Assembly (NCBI RefSeq): GCF_006345805.1
Contig: NC_043005.1
Location: forward strand, 45,818,001-45,882,000
Source of the DNA: Octopus sinensis
Lineage: Eukaryota
Reading direction: 5' to 3'
DNA: 64,000 bases
Both the position numbers and the translations under genes were made by a program. The notes under the pieces were generated by a model that saw only the letters and a program-made list of their open reading frames with translations, was not told the DNA's origin and did no database searches. How positions within the stretch are numbered: the first letter of the stretch is position 1; every line of letters begins with the position of its first letter. Of the stretch, positions 52,643-64,000 are shown piece after piece.

Positions 52643-53136
52643 CCTTTCCTTCTTGTGACACAAACCCTACTTGTGAAGACCTTTTGAGGCAAGTGAAAAT
52701 GAAAATCAAAATCGAAATCGATCAACATCAATGGAAATTGTAGCTGAGATACCAGTGCCGATGGCATGTAAGAGAACCATCTGAACGTGGCCATTGCCAG
52801 CACCGCCCTGACTGGCCTCTATGCCGGTGGCATGTAAAATGCACCATCTGATTGTGGCCGTTGCCTGCCTCGTCTGGCCCCGTGCTGGTGGCATGTAAAA
52901 AGCACCATCTGATCGTGGTCGTTGCCAGCCTCGTCTGGCACCTGTGCAGGTAGCACGTAAAAAGCACCCACTACACTCACGGAGTGGTTGGTGTTAGTAA
53001 GGGCATCAAGCTGTAGAAACACTGCCAGATCAGACTGGGCCTGGCGCAGCCTTCTGGCTTCCCAGACCCCAGTTGAACCGTCCAACCCATGCTAGCATGG
53101 AAAACGGACGTTAAACGATGATGATGATGATGATGA
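52637..53136 (+). mobile_element. RTE LINE 3' UTR copy with (GAT)n tail
   Basis: Collinear with the reverse complement of 44361-44920. Confidence 0.85.
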
Positions 53137-53647
53137 TATAGGACTGCAACTTTACGTTGGCAGATAGATTTTACTCTGTAGTACTGTTACTACTTACTTC
53201 TTGTACAGAGATTTAAAACTGTTTTAAATCTTTGACAAATTCAATGGGTAAACACGTGAGGGACGTTCTCTTGTGTGGTGATTCATTTATCCATCATTAA
53301 GAACTTTATGACGTCATATTTCTTGTATTATTTCCATTCAAACATATTATTATATTCATTATAAAGTCCATTGTGATGGTATTTGAAGTTAAAAATTAAT
53401 TGTTGCATTAAATGTTTGTTTTCGTATAATTAGCATTTTTATTAGACCTACCTAATAATTTAAGATGGTAAAAATGAAGCCTATTAACAAAAATGGCTAT
53501 TTCTTCTTTACGTATGGGTGAATCAGATTCATTTTGGTACAGTACAATACAGATAGGTGTTATCATCATGCAGTGGAAGAATATCTGGATTTGAACAAAT
53601 ACTTTGTTATTGCGAAAAAACTGAGCTGCCTAATAATTTGATATGCG

Positions 53648-53685
<38 letters not shown>

Positions 53686-53714
53686 TTTCTCTGCGGTGTA
53701 TATATATATATATG

Positions 53715-53769
<55 letters not shown>

Positions 53770-54063
53770 GGGCAGTGGACTCGCAGTTGTAGGATCACAG
53801 TTTTGATTCCCAGACCGGTGTTGTGAGTGTTTATTGAGCGAAAACACCAAAAGCTATTCTTTTTATCTTTATTTGTTTTAGTCATTTGATTGCTGCCATG
53901 CTGGAGCACTGCCTTTAGTTGAACAAATCGACCCCAGGACTTAATCTTTGCAAGCCTAGTACTTATTCTATCAGTCTGTCTTGCTGAACTGCTAAGTTAC
54001 GGGGATGTAAACACACCAGCATCGATTATCAAGTGATGCTGAGGGAGAAATATAGACACACAG

Positions 54064-54094
<31 letters not shown>

Positions 54095-54843
54095 CGATGA
54101 GCTTCTTTCAGTTTCTGTCTACCAAATCCACTCACAAGCCTTTGGTCAGCCTGAAGCTATAGTAGAAGACACTTGCCCAAGATGCCACAGTGGACTGAAC
54201 TCGCGGGCATGTGGTTGGTAAGCAGGCTACTTACCACACACCCACTTTCTCTGCGATATATATGTTCTTTCTCTGTCAGTAGAAAATATATGCTTCAACT
54301 CCTATCTGACAGCTAGAATAATACCTGATTTATAAAAGTATTAGGATTAATATTATTTATATACATAAGCTTTGATATTATTCATATTGTATGACAGACT
54401 CCTAGCTCCATACATCACATCAAGAGATGTTGTTATGTTTGACATTAAAAGCAATTTAATTCTAGCCATACCAAGTTACAAACCAAATTGAAAAAAAATT
54501 ATATTTTTAAATCTTTACATATATACGTGTGTGTGTGTGTGTGTGTGTGGAGGCACATGGCTTAGTGGTTAGGGTGTTAGCATCAGGATTGTAAGATTGT
54601 GGTTTTGATACCTGGACCGGACGACGCGTTGTGTTCTTGAGCAAAACACTTCATTTCACATTGCTCCAGTCTACTCAACTAGCTAAAATTAGTAATCCTG
54701 CGATGGACTGGCCTCCCGTCCAGCTGGGGAACACATACACCATAGAAACCAGGCCCATGAGCCTGGCTAGGCTTTAAAAGGGTGCATTTATTTATATATA
54801 TATATATATAAAATATTTATTTATTTATTTACGTAACTTAGAG

Positions 54844-55110
54844 CAACAGTACCCAATCTTTCTTTGTACCATGAACCAGTTTCATGCAAGACAATTTTTC
54901 CATGGTCCAGGGGATCATGTGCATAACAAAAGAACAATAAAGTGCATAATATATATTTCAATTTTTACATATATAATTCAAAAATATTCTACACACTGCA
55001 AAAGTCAATAAAATTGAAATAAATTTTAAAATTTATTCTTTCTGTACAGCACAGGACCAAATAATCCACCGTCCAGTACTGGTCTGTGGCCTAGTTTTTA
55101 GGGTCTCCTG
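54844..55110. mobile_element. hAT (Charlie-type) MITE with a perfect 8-bp TSD
   Basis: ACTTAGAG at 54836-54843 and 55111-55118; imperfect TIRs. Confidence 0.8.
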
Positions 55111-56074
55111 ACTTAGAGGACTGCTTGTGGCCCTTTTCAGGGCCTCCAAAGACTGGTGAAAGGGCATGTAGATGTTATCCATAGATCAGACACCTGGCCT
55201 AAATGCTTGCAGCAGAGTATTATTTCATTGTGTTACAGAAGAAAATGCTTCCCTTTCGATTGTGAACAAAAGTAGCAATCTATTTCACACATCCAAAAGG
55301 CATAGGCATGGTTCTGTAGTTCATGAGCTTGCTTTGCAACCCTGTGATTTTGGGTTCAGTCTCACTACCCAGCATTTTGATCAAGTGTCTTCTACTATAT
55401 TGACTCCAAAAGGATGAAAGGCATAGTTGACCTTGGCGGAATTTGAACTCAGAATGTAACGGCAGACGAAATACGGCTACACATTTCGCCCGGCGCGCTG
55501 ACAATTTTGCCAGTTCACCGCCTTCTGTATTGTTTTGTGTTGCTCCTCATATCTTTGAAGAGGACAACCCAGTGGTCTTTTCCCTGAAGTGAGCATGCTG
55601 AATAAGATTTGGCATGGAACATATATATATATATATATATAAACACACAATGTACTGAGAAATATCAACACACTTGACAAATCATCAGAATTACTTTTAT
55701 TGGTGTTTCTTTCAAAAAGCCTTTCCAAAATACTCTAGTGCAGGGGTCCTCAACCACTAGGCCATGAATCCTAGCATGTCCACAAAAGCCAGTAGAGTAA
55801 CAATACAAAAGACAGAGTAACAAGACAGTACATTCATAGGGCAAAGTGTTTTGGTAAAGCGTGATTTCAAGTCAATCGGTATGTTAGTGATTTTTATAGG
55901 CTGAAGGAACAGTTTCAGATCATTATCATCAAACATCCATTTTCCACGCTGGCATGGGTTAGACAGTTTTACTGGAGCTGGCAAAGCCAGGAGCTGCACC
56001 AGGATCCATTGTCTGGTTTAGCAAGGTTTCTACAGCTGGATAGCCTTCCTAATTCCAACCACTTTATGAAGTGT

Positions 56075-57300
56075 ACTGAGTGCTTTTTATCTAAAACCAT
56101 CACAACTGCTTTTCAACATGGCACCGGTGCTTTTTAATGTGACACCAATACCAGTGCTTTTTACATGGCATCATTAACATTGCACCATCTGCAGTGCTAT
56201 TTTACATGACATCATCACCAGTGCATTCTACACAGCACTACCACCAGTGCTTTTTATGTGGCACAATCACTAGTGTTTTTTTTATGTGGCATCATTAACA
56301 GTGCTTTTTAGGTAATACCATCACATGGTTTTTTTAGGTGGTACTATCATCAGTGCTTTTTAGGTGACACCATCACAAGTGCATTTTACCAGTGTTTTTT
56401 ATGTTGTACTATCATCGATGCATTTTGTGTAGCACCATCACCAGTGCTTTTTATGTGATACCATCACAAGTGCTTTTTACATGGCACCATCACCAGTGCT
56501 TTTTATGTGGCACTTTCACCAATGATTTTTACATGGCACCATCACCAGTGCTTTTTATGTGGCACTTTCACCAGTGATTTTTACGTGGGACCATCACCAG
56601 TGCTTTTTATGTAGCACTTTCACCAATGATTTTTACATGGCACCATCACCAGTGCTTTTTATGTGGCACTTTCACCAGTGATTTTTACGTGGGACCATCA
56701 CCAGTGCTTTTTATGTGGCACTTTCACCAATGATTTTTACATGGCACCATCACCAGTGCTTTTTATGTGGCACTTTCACCAGTGATTTTTACGTGGGACC
56801 ATCACCAGTGCTTTTTATGTAGCACTTTCACCAATGATTTTTACATGGCACCATCACCAGTGCTTTTTATGTGGCACTTTCACCAGTGATTTTTACGTGG
56901 GACCATCACCAGTGCTTTTTATGTAGCACTTTCACCAATGATTTTTATGTGGCACCATCACCAGTGATTTTTACATAGAACCATCACCAGTGATTTTTAC
57001 GTGGCACCATCACCAGTGATTTTTATGTGACATCAGCACCAGTGCTTTTTATGTGACACCAGCACCAGTGCTTTTTACACGGAATTATTGCCAGTGCTTT
57101 TTATGTGGCACCCCATCACCAATGCTTTTTATGTGGCACCATCACCAGTGCATTTTATGTGGGATCATCACCAGTGATTTTTACGTGACACCATCACCAA
57201 TGCTTTTTAAACAGTACCATCACCATTGCTTTTTACATGACACCATCACCAGTGTCTTTTAACACCATCACCAGTGATCTTTACCCTCGCTCCAGCACCA
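56075..57300. repeat. 26-bp minisatellite (about 45 units) grown from an RTE 3' tail, with a 104-bp higher-order repeat
   Basis: Unit atggcaccatcaccagtgctttttat; 56533-56948 is four copies of a 4-monomer block; preceded by an RTE tail at about 55921. Outer limits approximate. Confidence 0.9.
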
Positions 57301-57876
57301 ACAGGGTCACCAGCTAGAAAAACAAAATCATAACATGACTATTGAATGTTAAACAACTTAGTGAGAAAAAAACTGTCCTCAGTCCCCAGCGTTATGCTTC
57401 ATCTTCTTTGATCTCCATCTATTTTTCAACAGACAACCAGAGTATTCATATGCTGATCAATATATCACCCTACTTTTGTATTTCTTCACAGACAACTACC
57501 ATTACTAACCTGCAGATACAACAGAAATGTTAGCGGGGGAGGGGGTAGAATGGGAGGGAGGGAGGGAGGTGCAGATTCAAAATAATAAAAATGCACAAGT
57601 CATCAAATGTTATTTAAAGCAGAAAACAATTTTGAGACTTTTGAAAGAAAATGTTATTGATTTATGTAAAACAGTTAATAAATATTGTGTAATAAGCTAG
57701 GTTTGAACATTCAATGCATCTCAACACTTCCCTCTCTTTCTTTCTTTCTTTCTTTCTCTCAACTAATCCCTACAACTCTTTTACCCAGTCTTTCACAAAA
57801 ACTATTTTTATCTCTTATTTTCTATGTCAATGCTGTCTTTCTTTTACTCCTACTTTTTCTCTCAACATCATAAATA

Positions 57877-57919
<43 letters not shown>

Positions 57920-58319
57920 TACATACAAACACAAAGATATATTTATATATACTTACATATATACAGTTATAATTCACCTTTATGAAACGCTGAAACATTT
58001 GTATGTAATCTTTTTAATAAATTACATATACATACATATATATATATATGATGATGATGATGATGATATATATATATATATTCACCTTTTCACTCAGATC
58101 ACCATGGGTCTATTATTCTACCTATGGTGAATATAATTAAGCACTGAGAATTGGCACTTGCTCAACAATATTTATGTACACACAAACACATACATACATC
58201 TTTCATTGAACCAAGAATAAAAGATGAATATATAAAAAGAAAGAGAGACAGAGAGAGAGCTTTTGTGTAGCAGATGTGTATGCACACAAAAAGAATTTTG
58301 GCAAGGTGTGTGTACGTAT

Positions 58320-58715
58320 ACATACATGCATACACACACACACACACACAGATATACATATATATACACAATATATATACACACACATACATATACATTA
58401 TATATACACATTATACACACACATATACATTATATATACACATTATACACATACACACACACATACATTATATATACACATTACACACACACACACATAT
58501 ACATTATATATACACATTATACACACACACACATATACATTATATATACACATTATACACACACACACATTATATATACACATTATACACACACACACAC
58601 ACATATATATACACATTATACACACACACACATTATATATACACATTATACACCACACACACACACATATATATATATATATAATATATATATATATATA
58701 TAATATATATATATA
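58320..58715. repeat. Compound (CA)/(TA) microsatellite with about 30-bp super-periodicity
   Basis: Recurring acacattatacacacacacatatacattatatat blocks; source of the YTH/HI-rich pseudo-ORFs. Confidence 0.9.
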
Positions 58716-58764
58716 TGGAAAAAAAAGTCAAGGTAGAAAATGCTAAAATAATTTTATAAAAAAC

Positions 58765-59106
58765 ATTTCAGTACCAGTTTCAGTCATTGAGACTTTTTCC
58801 ACTGTAAGTATAGAAAACAATGAAATTTTGGAAAAATGAAATGAAAAGTTTTTTAAAAGTAAATTTGCATAGTATTCAAATACATGGGGCATTTTCCTTG
58901 TTTCTACCAGTCTCTGTCTCTCTTGTTTACTCTTGTCAAACCCACAAGAGTAAACAAGAGAGATAGAGACAGGCAGAAACAAGGTAAAATAGTATTTGAA
59001 TACTATGCAAATATTCTTTTAAAAAACTTTTCATTTAATTCTTCCAAAATTTCATTGTTTTCCATACAGTTGAAAAAGTCTCCATGATTAAAACCAGTAC
59101 TGAAAT
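58765..59106. mobile_element. Fold-back MITE, about 170-bp arms and a 7-nt loop
   Basis: ...tcttgtttactcttgt-caaaccc-acaagagtaaacaaga...; arms are imperfect inverted copies out to atttcagtac / gtactgaaat. Confidence 0.85.
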
Positions 59107-60063
59107 ACCTATATATACATATATAAACACATGCATACACATATATACACACACACACTATATATATATATATATATACATAGCTCTACTGCACTATTTG
59201 TTGCTTGCCACATCTATTCAGAGTTTTTAAGACAATTAAGATCAATACTCCAATCATTTAATGTACCAATAAATTTTGTTATGACTATTGATTGTCTATT
59301 ATTCAATGGATGGTGGAATGAATTTTTGCCTGCACAACATCAGGTTTTGGGCAATGAATGAACTAAATTCATAATATCAAAGCTATCACGAATGAAATGT
59401 GGCAAAGCTTTTTTATCTCTCTGCTCTTGGAGAACAGTTTCTAATATAACTAATCTATAAATACCTTGTAATAATAATTGCTATTTTTTTCTTTTTTTTA
59501 CTGCAATGGATGGATGAATGGCGAAAACTGTAAACCAGATTATTGTTGGTGATGTTGGTGTTATTGTAGTAAAGATCATGCCATCATTTTTGCTTTCCAT
59601 ACTTTGTTCCATGCCAAGTTTTATTCAGCATGTTCACTTCAGGGAAAAGACCATGTCCTCTTCAAAGATACAAGGACCAACTCAAAACAATACAGAAAGC
59701 CACTGGACTTGAGAGAAAGGCTTGACAAAATCACCTTGTCCTCCACCAACATTACCATAAAGTCAATACCATCAACTCTTCCATGCAAGAATTGGTCTAC
59801 TTAGCGATCAACACCATCTCCATAAAGGAAGTGTTTAGCAAAGAAGAAACTAAATTCTTGGATACAAGATAAAGTCACCAACGACAACGACATTGTATAA
59901 CTAGGACTATGTCATCCAATGTTGCTTCAGCTGTGGCTGTGTGATTCAGAAATTTGCCTTTCAACCATGGGGTTTCAGTTCAGTCCCACTACACAGCACA
60001 CATACTATAGCCACAGTGTGTGTGTGTGTGTGCATACACAGATGTATGCGTGTGCACAGACAG

Positions 60064-60256
60064 GGGGAGGGTGCTGAAAAGTTCCTGGCTTTGGATAAAA
60101 GAAAATACAAGTGGATCAGTTAATTATGATTTTATTCAACATATTCCCCTCCCAGATTCACACACTTATTGCAGCAGTGCTTCAGTTTTTCTAAGCCCTG
60201 TAAAAGAACTTGGAAGGTTGGGCCTTAAAGCCAGGAACTTTTCAATACCCTTCGTA
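60064..60256. mobile_element. Mariner-derived MITE
   Basis: TIRs gagggtgctgaaaagttcctggcttt / aaagccaggaacttttcaataccctt; ends in cgTA. Confidence 0.8.
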
Positions 60257-61279
60257 TGTATATGTTTGTGAAACCCTTACATGATATTACATGATGGCCA
60301 TAAATGAGCAACACCATCAAACAAGCAAGTTATTTGTTTTCAATCTTTCAGAAAAAACATGCCTGGCAATGGGGAAATATTATCTTGTTTAGAAACAGGT
60401 TAGCGTTGGTGACAGCTATGTCATCAGACCATAGAAAATCTACTGCAACAAATTCCGTCAATCCATCCAAGCATGAAAAAGTGGATGCTAAATGATAATG
60501 ATGATGTATCTTTTTTTTCTTTTTACTGACAGCAAGTGTGATTCGACAAAGACTTCTGGCTGCTAGTTCTAGCACAATGTACGACTACATAGAGTAGAGA
60601 CTAAAACTTACTACCCACACAGCCATGCCTATTCATATAAATCCTTCAAGCAGGAAAGGAAAATAAATCAAAACACATGTGAGAACTGTGGCTGTGTGGT
60701 AAGAATCTTGCTTCTCCCACTGCATGGCACCTAGGATAAGTGAATTTTACTATAGTCTTGGGCCAACCAAAGCATTGTGAGTGGATTTGGTAAACTGAAA
60801 GAAACACATTATGTTCGTGTGTGTGTGTGGTCATCATCATTATTGTTTAACGTCCACTTTCCATGCCTGCATGGGTTGGACGGTTTGACTGAGGACTGGC
60901 AAGCCAGAAGGCTGTACCAGGCTCCAATCTGATCTGACTGGATGCCCTTCCTAATGCCAAGGGTATGTATGTGTGTGTCACTTCGTGCCTGCATTTGTCT
61001 CCTACCACAGCTTGACAGCTAGTGTTGGTGTGTTCACATCTCCATAACTTAGTGGTTGGGTAAAAAAAACTAAAAGAATAAGTACAAGGCTTAGAAAGAA
61101 AATTCTTAAAGACAGTGCCCCAGCATGGCCACAGTCTACTGACTAAAACACATAAAAGATAAAACCAAAAAAATAAAAAGAGGTAGATCAACTTTGTTTT
61201 TATTTTTTAAAGCAGTTGCTTGTTAGAAGGTCCTTAGAGCACTGAAAATGTAAGAGCTACTAGAATAAAATGGACACTG

Positions 61280-62030
61280 GACAGAAGTCAATAGGTGATG
61301 ATGTACATTAGACTTAAAAGACTAGAGGTCATATTGAAGAGGAAAACAAGACTGGGGAATGGAATTCCAAAGTTCAGAGGTGCAAGGGAAGAAACTGGTG
61401 CTGTAAAGTGCTTTATGAAACTTAGGAGGTTGCACAGTATACTGATGAGAATTGGATGCAAGTCAAGTTGATTGCTGATAAGTTCTTAAAGGAGGAACCA
61501 GAGAAGAGAGCTCATCTGAATAATATCCATGGAAATAGTTATAGAAAAGAGACAAGGAAGCTACCTGACAACGATGAGAGTGAATCCAATTTAGATTGAT
61601 TCTGTTGTACATTGAAGATAAAACAAATAATTATTGGTGCATTTCCCAGGGAAAGTGAGAAAACAAAAAATGCTTTAAAGTTGAAAATTTAAAAAAAGAA
61701 AGATAAATATATAAAATTATTCCAGATCATCATCATCATCATTTAGCGTCCGCTTTCCATGCTAGCATGGGTTGGACGGTTCAAGTGGGGTCTTGTTTTA
61801 AAATCAATAACGTTACAAATATGGTGCTCAATGTATTCCAACAGAGTTAAACAATCCACAGGGGCACCTGCCCACATGTGACAATAGTACTCAATGCAGG
61901 GGCGAATGGTGGACTTCTGAAGATAAAGAATAGTCTCAGGTGTGGGATAGCTCCTCGAATGAAGGAGTGAGCCTGCCTTCATTGAAGCTGATTTGGTAAT
62001 ACGTTCAGTGTAAGTCTTCCACTTACACAC
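61280..62030 (-). mobile_element. CR1-group (Zenon-like) LINE 3' fragment, interrupted at about 61600-61790
   Basis: ILYLQKSTIRPCIEYYCHMWAGA, then after the insert VASLSLFYNYFHG...TSFFPCTSELWNSIP...SFKSNVHHHL. Confidence 0.8.
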
Positions 62031-63267
62031 TTAGACAATTTTAGAGGGCCAAAAATTCCATGGGAAATGCAACAGAATTTGGAAAGATAGTGATGATGTC
62101 TGAATGTTTCACAATACTATTGATCTGTATACCAGAAATTATGGTAGCTATTTATAATACACATAGAATGTTTTCTGCATGACTGGATACATAATCTCAT
62201 GTTTTACGTGAAACATATCTTCCGTGTGGTGACATGTGGCAAAAGCTAGTTTTTGAACAAGTCATGTTGGAACAAACAATTCAAGTGTTGTAATATAAAA
62301 ATAAGCCAGTAGAAATAATGTTATAAATCATTGAAGCTTGCCGTAAGACATCTAACAAGCCATACATGCCATGCACACCAATTTCCCCAACTTCACATTC
62401 TACCGCAATAAAACCAAACCTCGTATTTGATATGAACACTCGAATTTTTGTTTTGTTTGCTCTAGGTAAATTTAATTGATATGAAACATGATATTTCTTC
62501 ATGTTGAAATTACCATTAGGTGTGTGGGTGTGTGGATGTGTGGGTGTGTGGATGTGTGGGTGTGTGTGTGGGTGCATGAGCATGCATGTATATGCAGTAG
62601 TGGAGTAAAAAAGCATAATTTCATAAAGCTATTTTTGAACTGATAAGGAAAATTGATAAATAAAACAAAGCATTCACAAAGAGAAGTCAATTAAGTGTAA
62701 GAGAGTTTCATAAATGAAACTGCCAATACATGTTTTAAAGTCATGCATCCAAATAAGTTATGGTTTATTGTTGTCCTTTGATCTTATATTTTGTTTTATG
62801 CCTTCAGGTTTCAAAAACGGAAAGATGTTCTACCTCTCCTTCTCTCTCTCTCTCTCTTTCTGTCTTTGAGGTGGGCATAGGTATCAGAGTGGCATCAGTT
62901 ACACGTTTGTAATGCATGTACAGAAGTACCAGAACTAATTCTTGTGCTCAAACACACAGAATAAGTCACACGCTCATAAAAAAACAATCATAAACATTGT
63001 CCTCAAAAGATATATACCAACAGATACATAAATTGAAAAGAGCACAAATACATACTGACAAACCTATATATATATATATATATATCTGTGTGTGTGTGTC
63101 TGTGCATATGCATATTCACACACATATATACACTTACACACACACAGGCACAGGCACACACACACACACACCTAGAAATAGAATAATCAATAGTATTGCT
63201 ATATTTGCTGGCTACTGTTGTTTGTTGTTGTTGTTGTTTAACTTTGATCGCTTCTAATCCTATAGAG

Positions 63268-63598
63268 CAGTGGTTCTCGGTCTTTTTGATTCTGTTCTAC
63301 ATTGAAGATCAAACAAATAATTATTGGTGCATTTCCCAGGGAAAGTGGGAAAATAAAAAAAATGCTTTAAAGTTGAAAATTTAAAATAAAAGAACGATAA
63401 ATATATAAAATTATTCCAGATCTTGTTTTTATTTATCTTACCTATTTATAATGAACATAGGGGATAACTCACTTTTAAAGATGCTCAAACAGAAGTGATT
63501 CACTGAAGCCTTAAATTATGTTTTTAAAAATCTGCTATGCACTTAGATATTATGTAAGGAATAACACTGTACTGTAGAACGCCATTTGGGAGCCAGTG
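63268..63598. mobile_element. hAT-type MITE
   Basis: CAGTGGTTCTC ... TTGGGAGCCAGTG; 8-bp flanks ctatagag / ctgtagac. Confidence 0.65.
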
Positions 63599-64000
63599 CT
63601 GTAGACCTATAACACAGGAATACAGGAAGACAAGCTAGTGACACCAATCCACAAACACAACATGGTACAAAGTCTGATTCCAAAAAGGTCCATTTCTATC
63701 CTTGACACTCTGGCTACTGATTCCAATGTTATTGACTTGACTAGGGTCAATATTCAAAGAGTATAATTTTCCTGAACCATGATGTGCATCTTAGTCCATT
63801 TCTCTTTGAGCATTATTTTACAGGTAGATGTATGGCTGTGTGCTAAGAAGTTTCCTTCCCAACCATGTGGTTTTGGGTTCAGTCCCACTGCATGACACCT
63901 TGGGTAAGTATCTTCTATTATATAGCCTTGGGTCAACCTTGTGAGTGAATTTGATAGATGGAAATTGAAAGAAGCCAGTTTTTGTAGAGATATGTGTGTG

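Noticed and set aside
56075-57300. Regular short repeats suggesting a CRISPR array
   Set aside because: Units are contiguous with no unique spacers, there are no cas genes, and the context is spliceosomal eukaryotic DNA. The same applies to the 18-bp array.
59170-59900. Possible L1/Tx1-like LINE 3' remnant or upstream SLCO exon
   Set aside because: Only a vague LFVACH resemblance with many stops; no OATP motif was found anywhere in 52384-64000.
62281-62616. 111-aa minus-strand ORF (GFIAVECEVGEIG)
   Set aside because: Starts in a microsatellite; at most a faint LINE-endonuclease-like echo, not supportable.

Overview
Eukaryotic, AT-rich, repeat-dense genomic DNA, most likely from an octopus or other coleoid cephalopod (inferred from the SINE/RTE repeat families and the TA/CA microsatellite load; not verifiable here). 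Two intron-rich genes lie tail-to-tail. (1) The last six coding exons of WDR48/UAF1 are on the + strand (2898-12424). (2) The last ten coding exons of an SLCO/OATP organic anion transporter are on the - strand (52383 down to 23436). Exons were joined by hand; all junctions are GT-AG and phase-compatible, and both 5' ends lie outside the window. The rest is decayed transposons (mariner, DD37D/maT, hAT and piggyBac-like MITEs, RTE and CR1-like LINEs, tRNA-derived SINEs) and micro/minisatellites; most ORF-track entries are artefacts of these. I see no new protein-coding system. The best leads are nucleic-acid structures: two minimal hammerhead-ribozyme-like motifs sharing a CCGAUGA core variant, three long intronic fold-back elements, a GNRA-capped hairpin near a WDR48 donor, satellites apparently born from retroelement ends (one with 26/52/104-bp higher-order structure), and a degenerate tRNA-like island.
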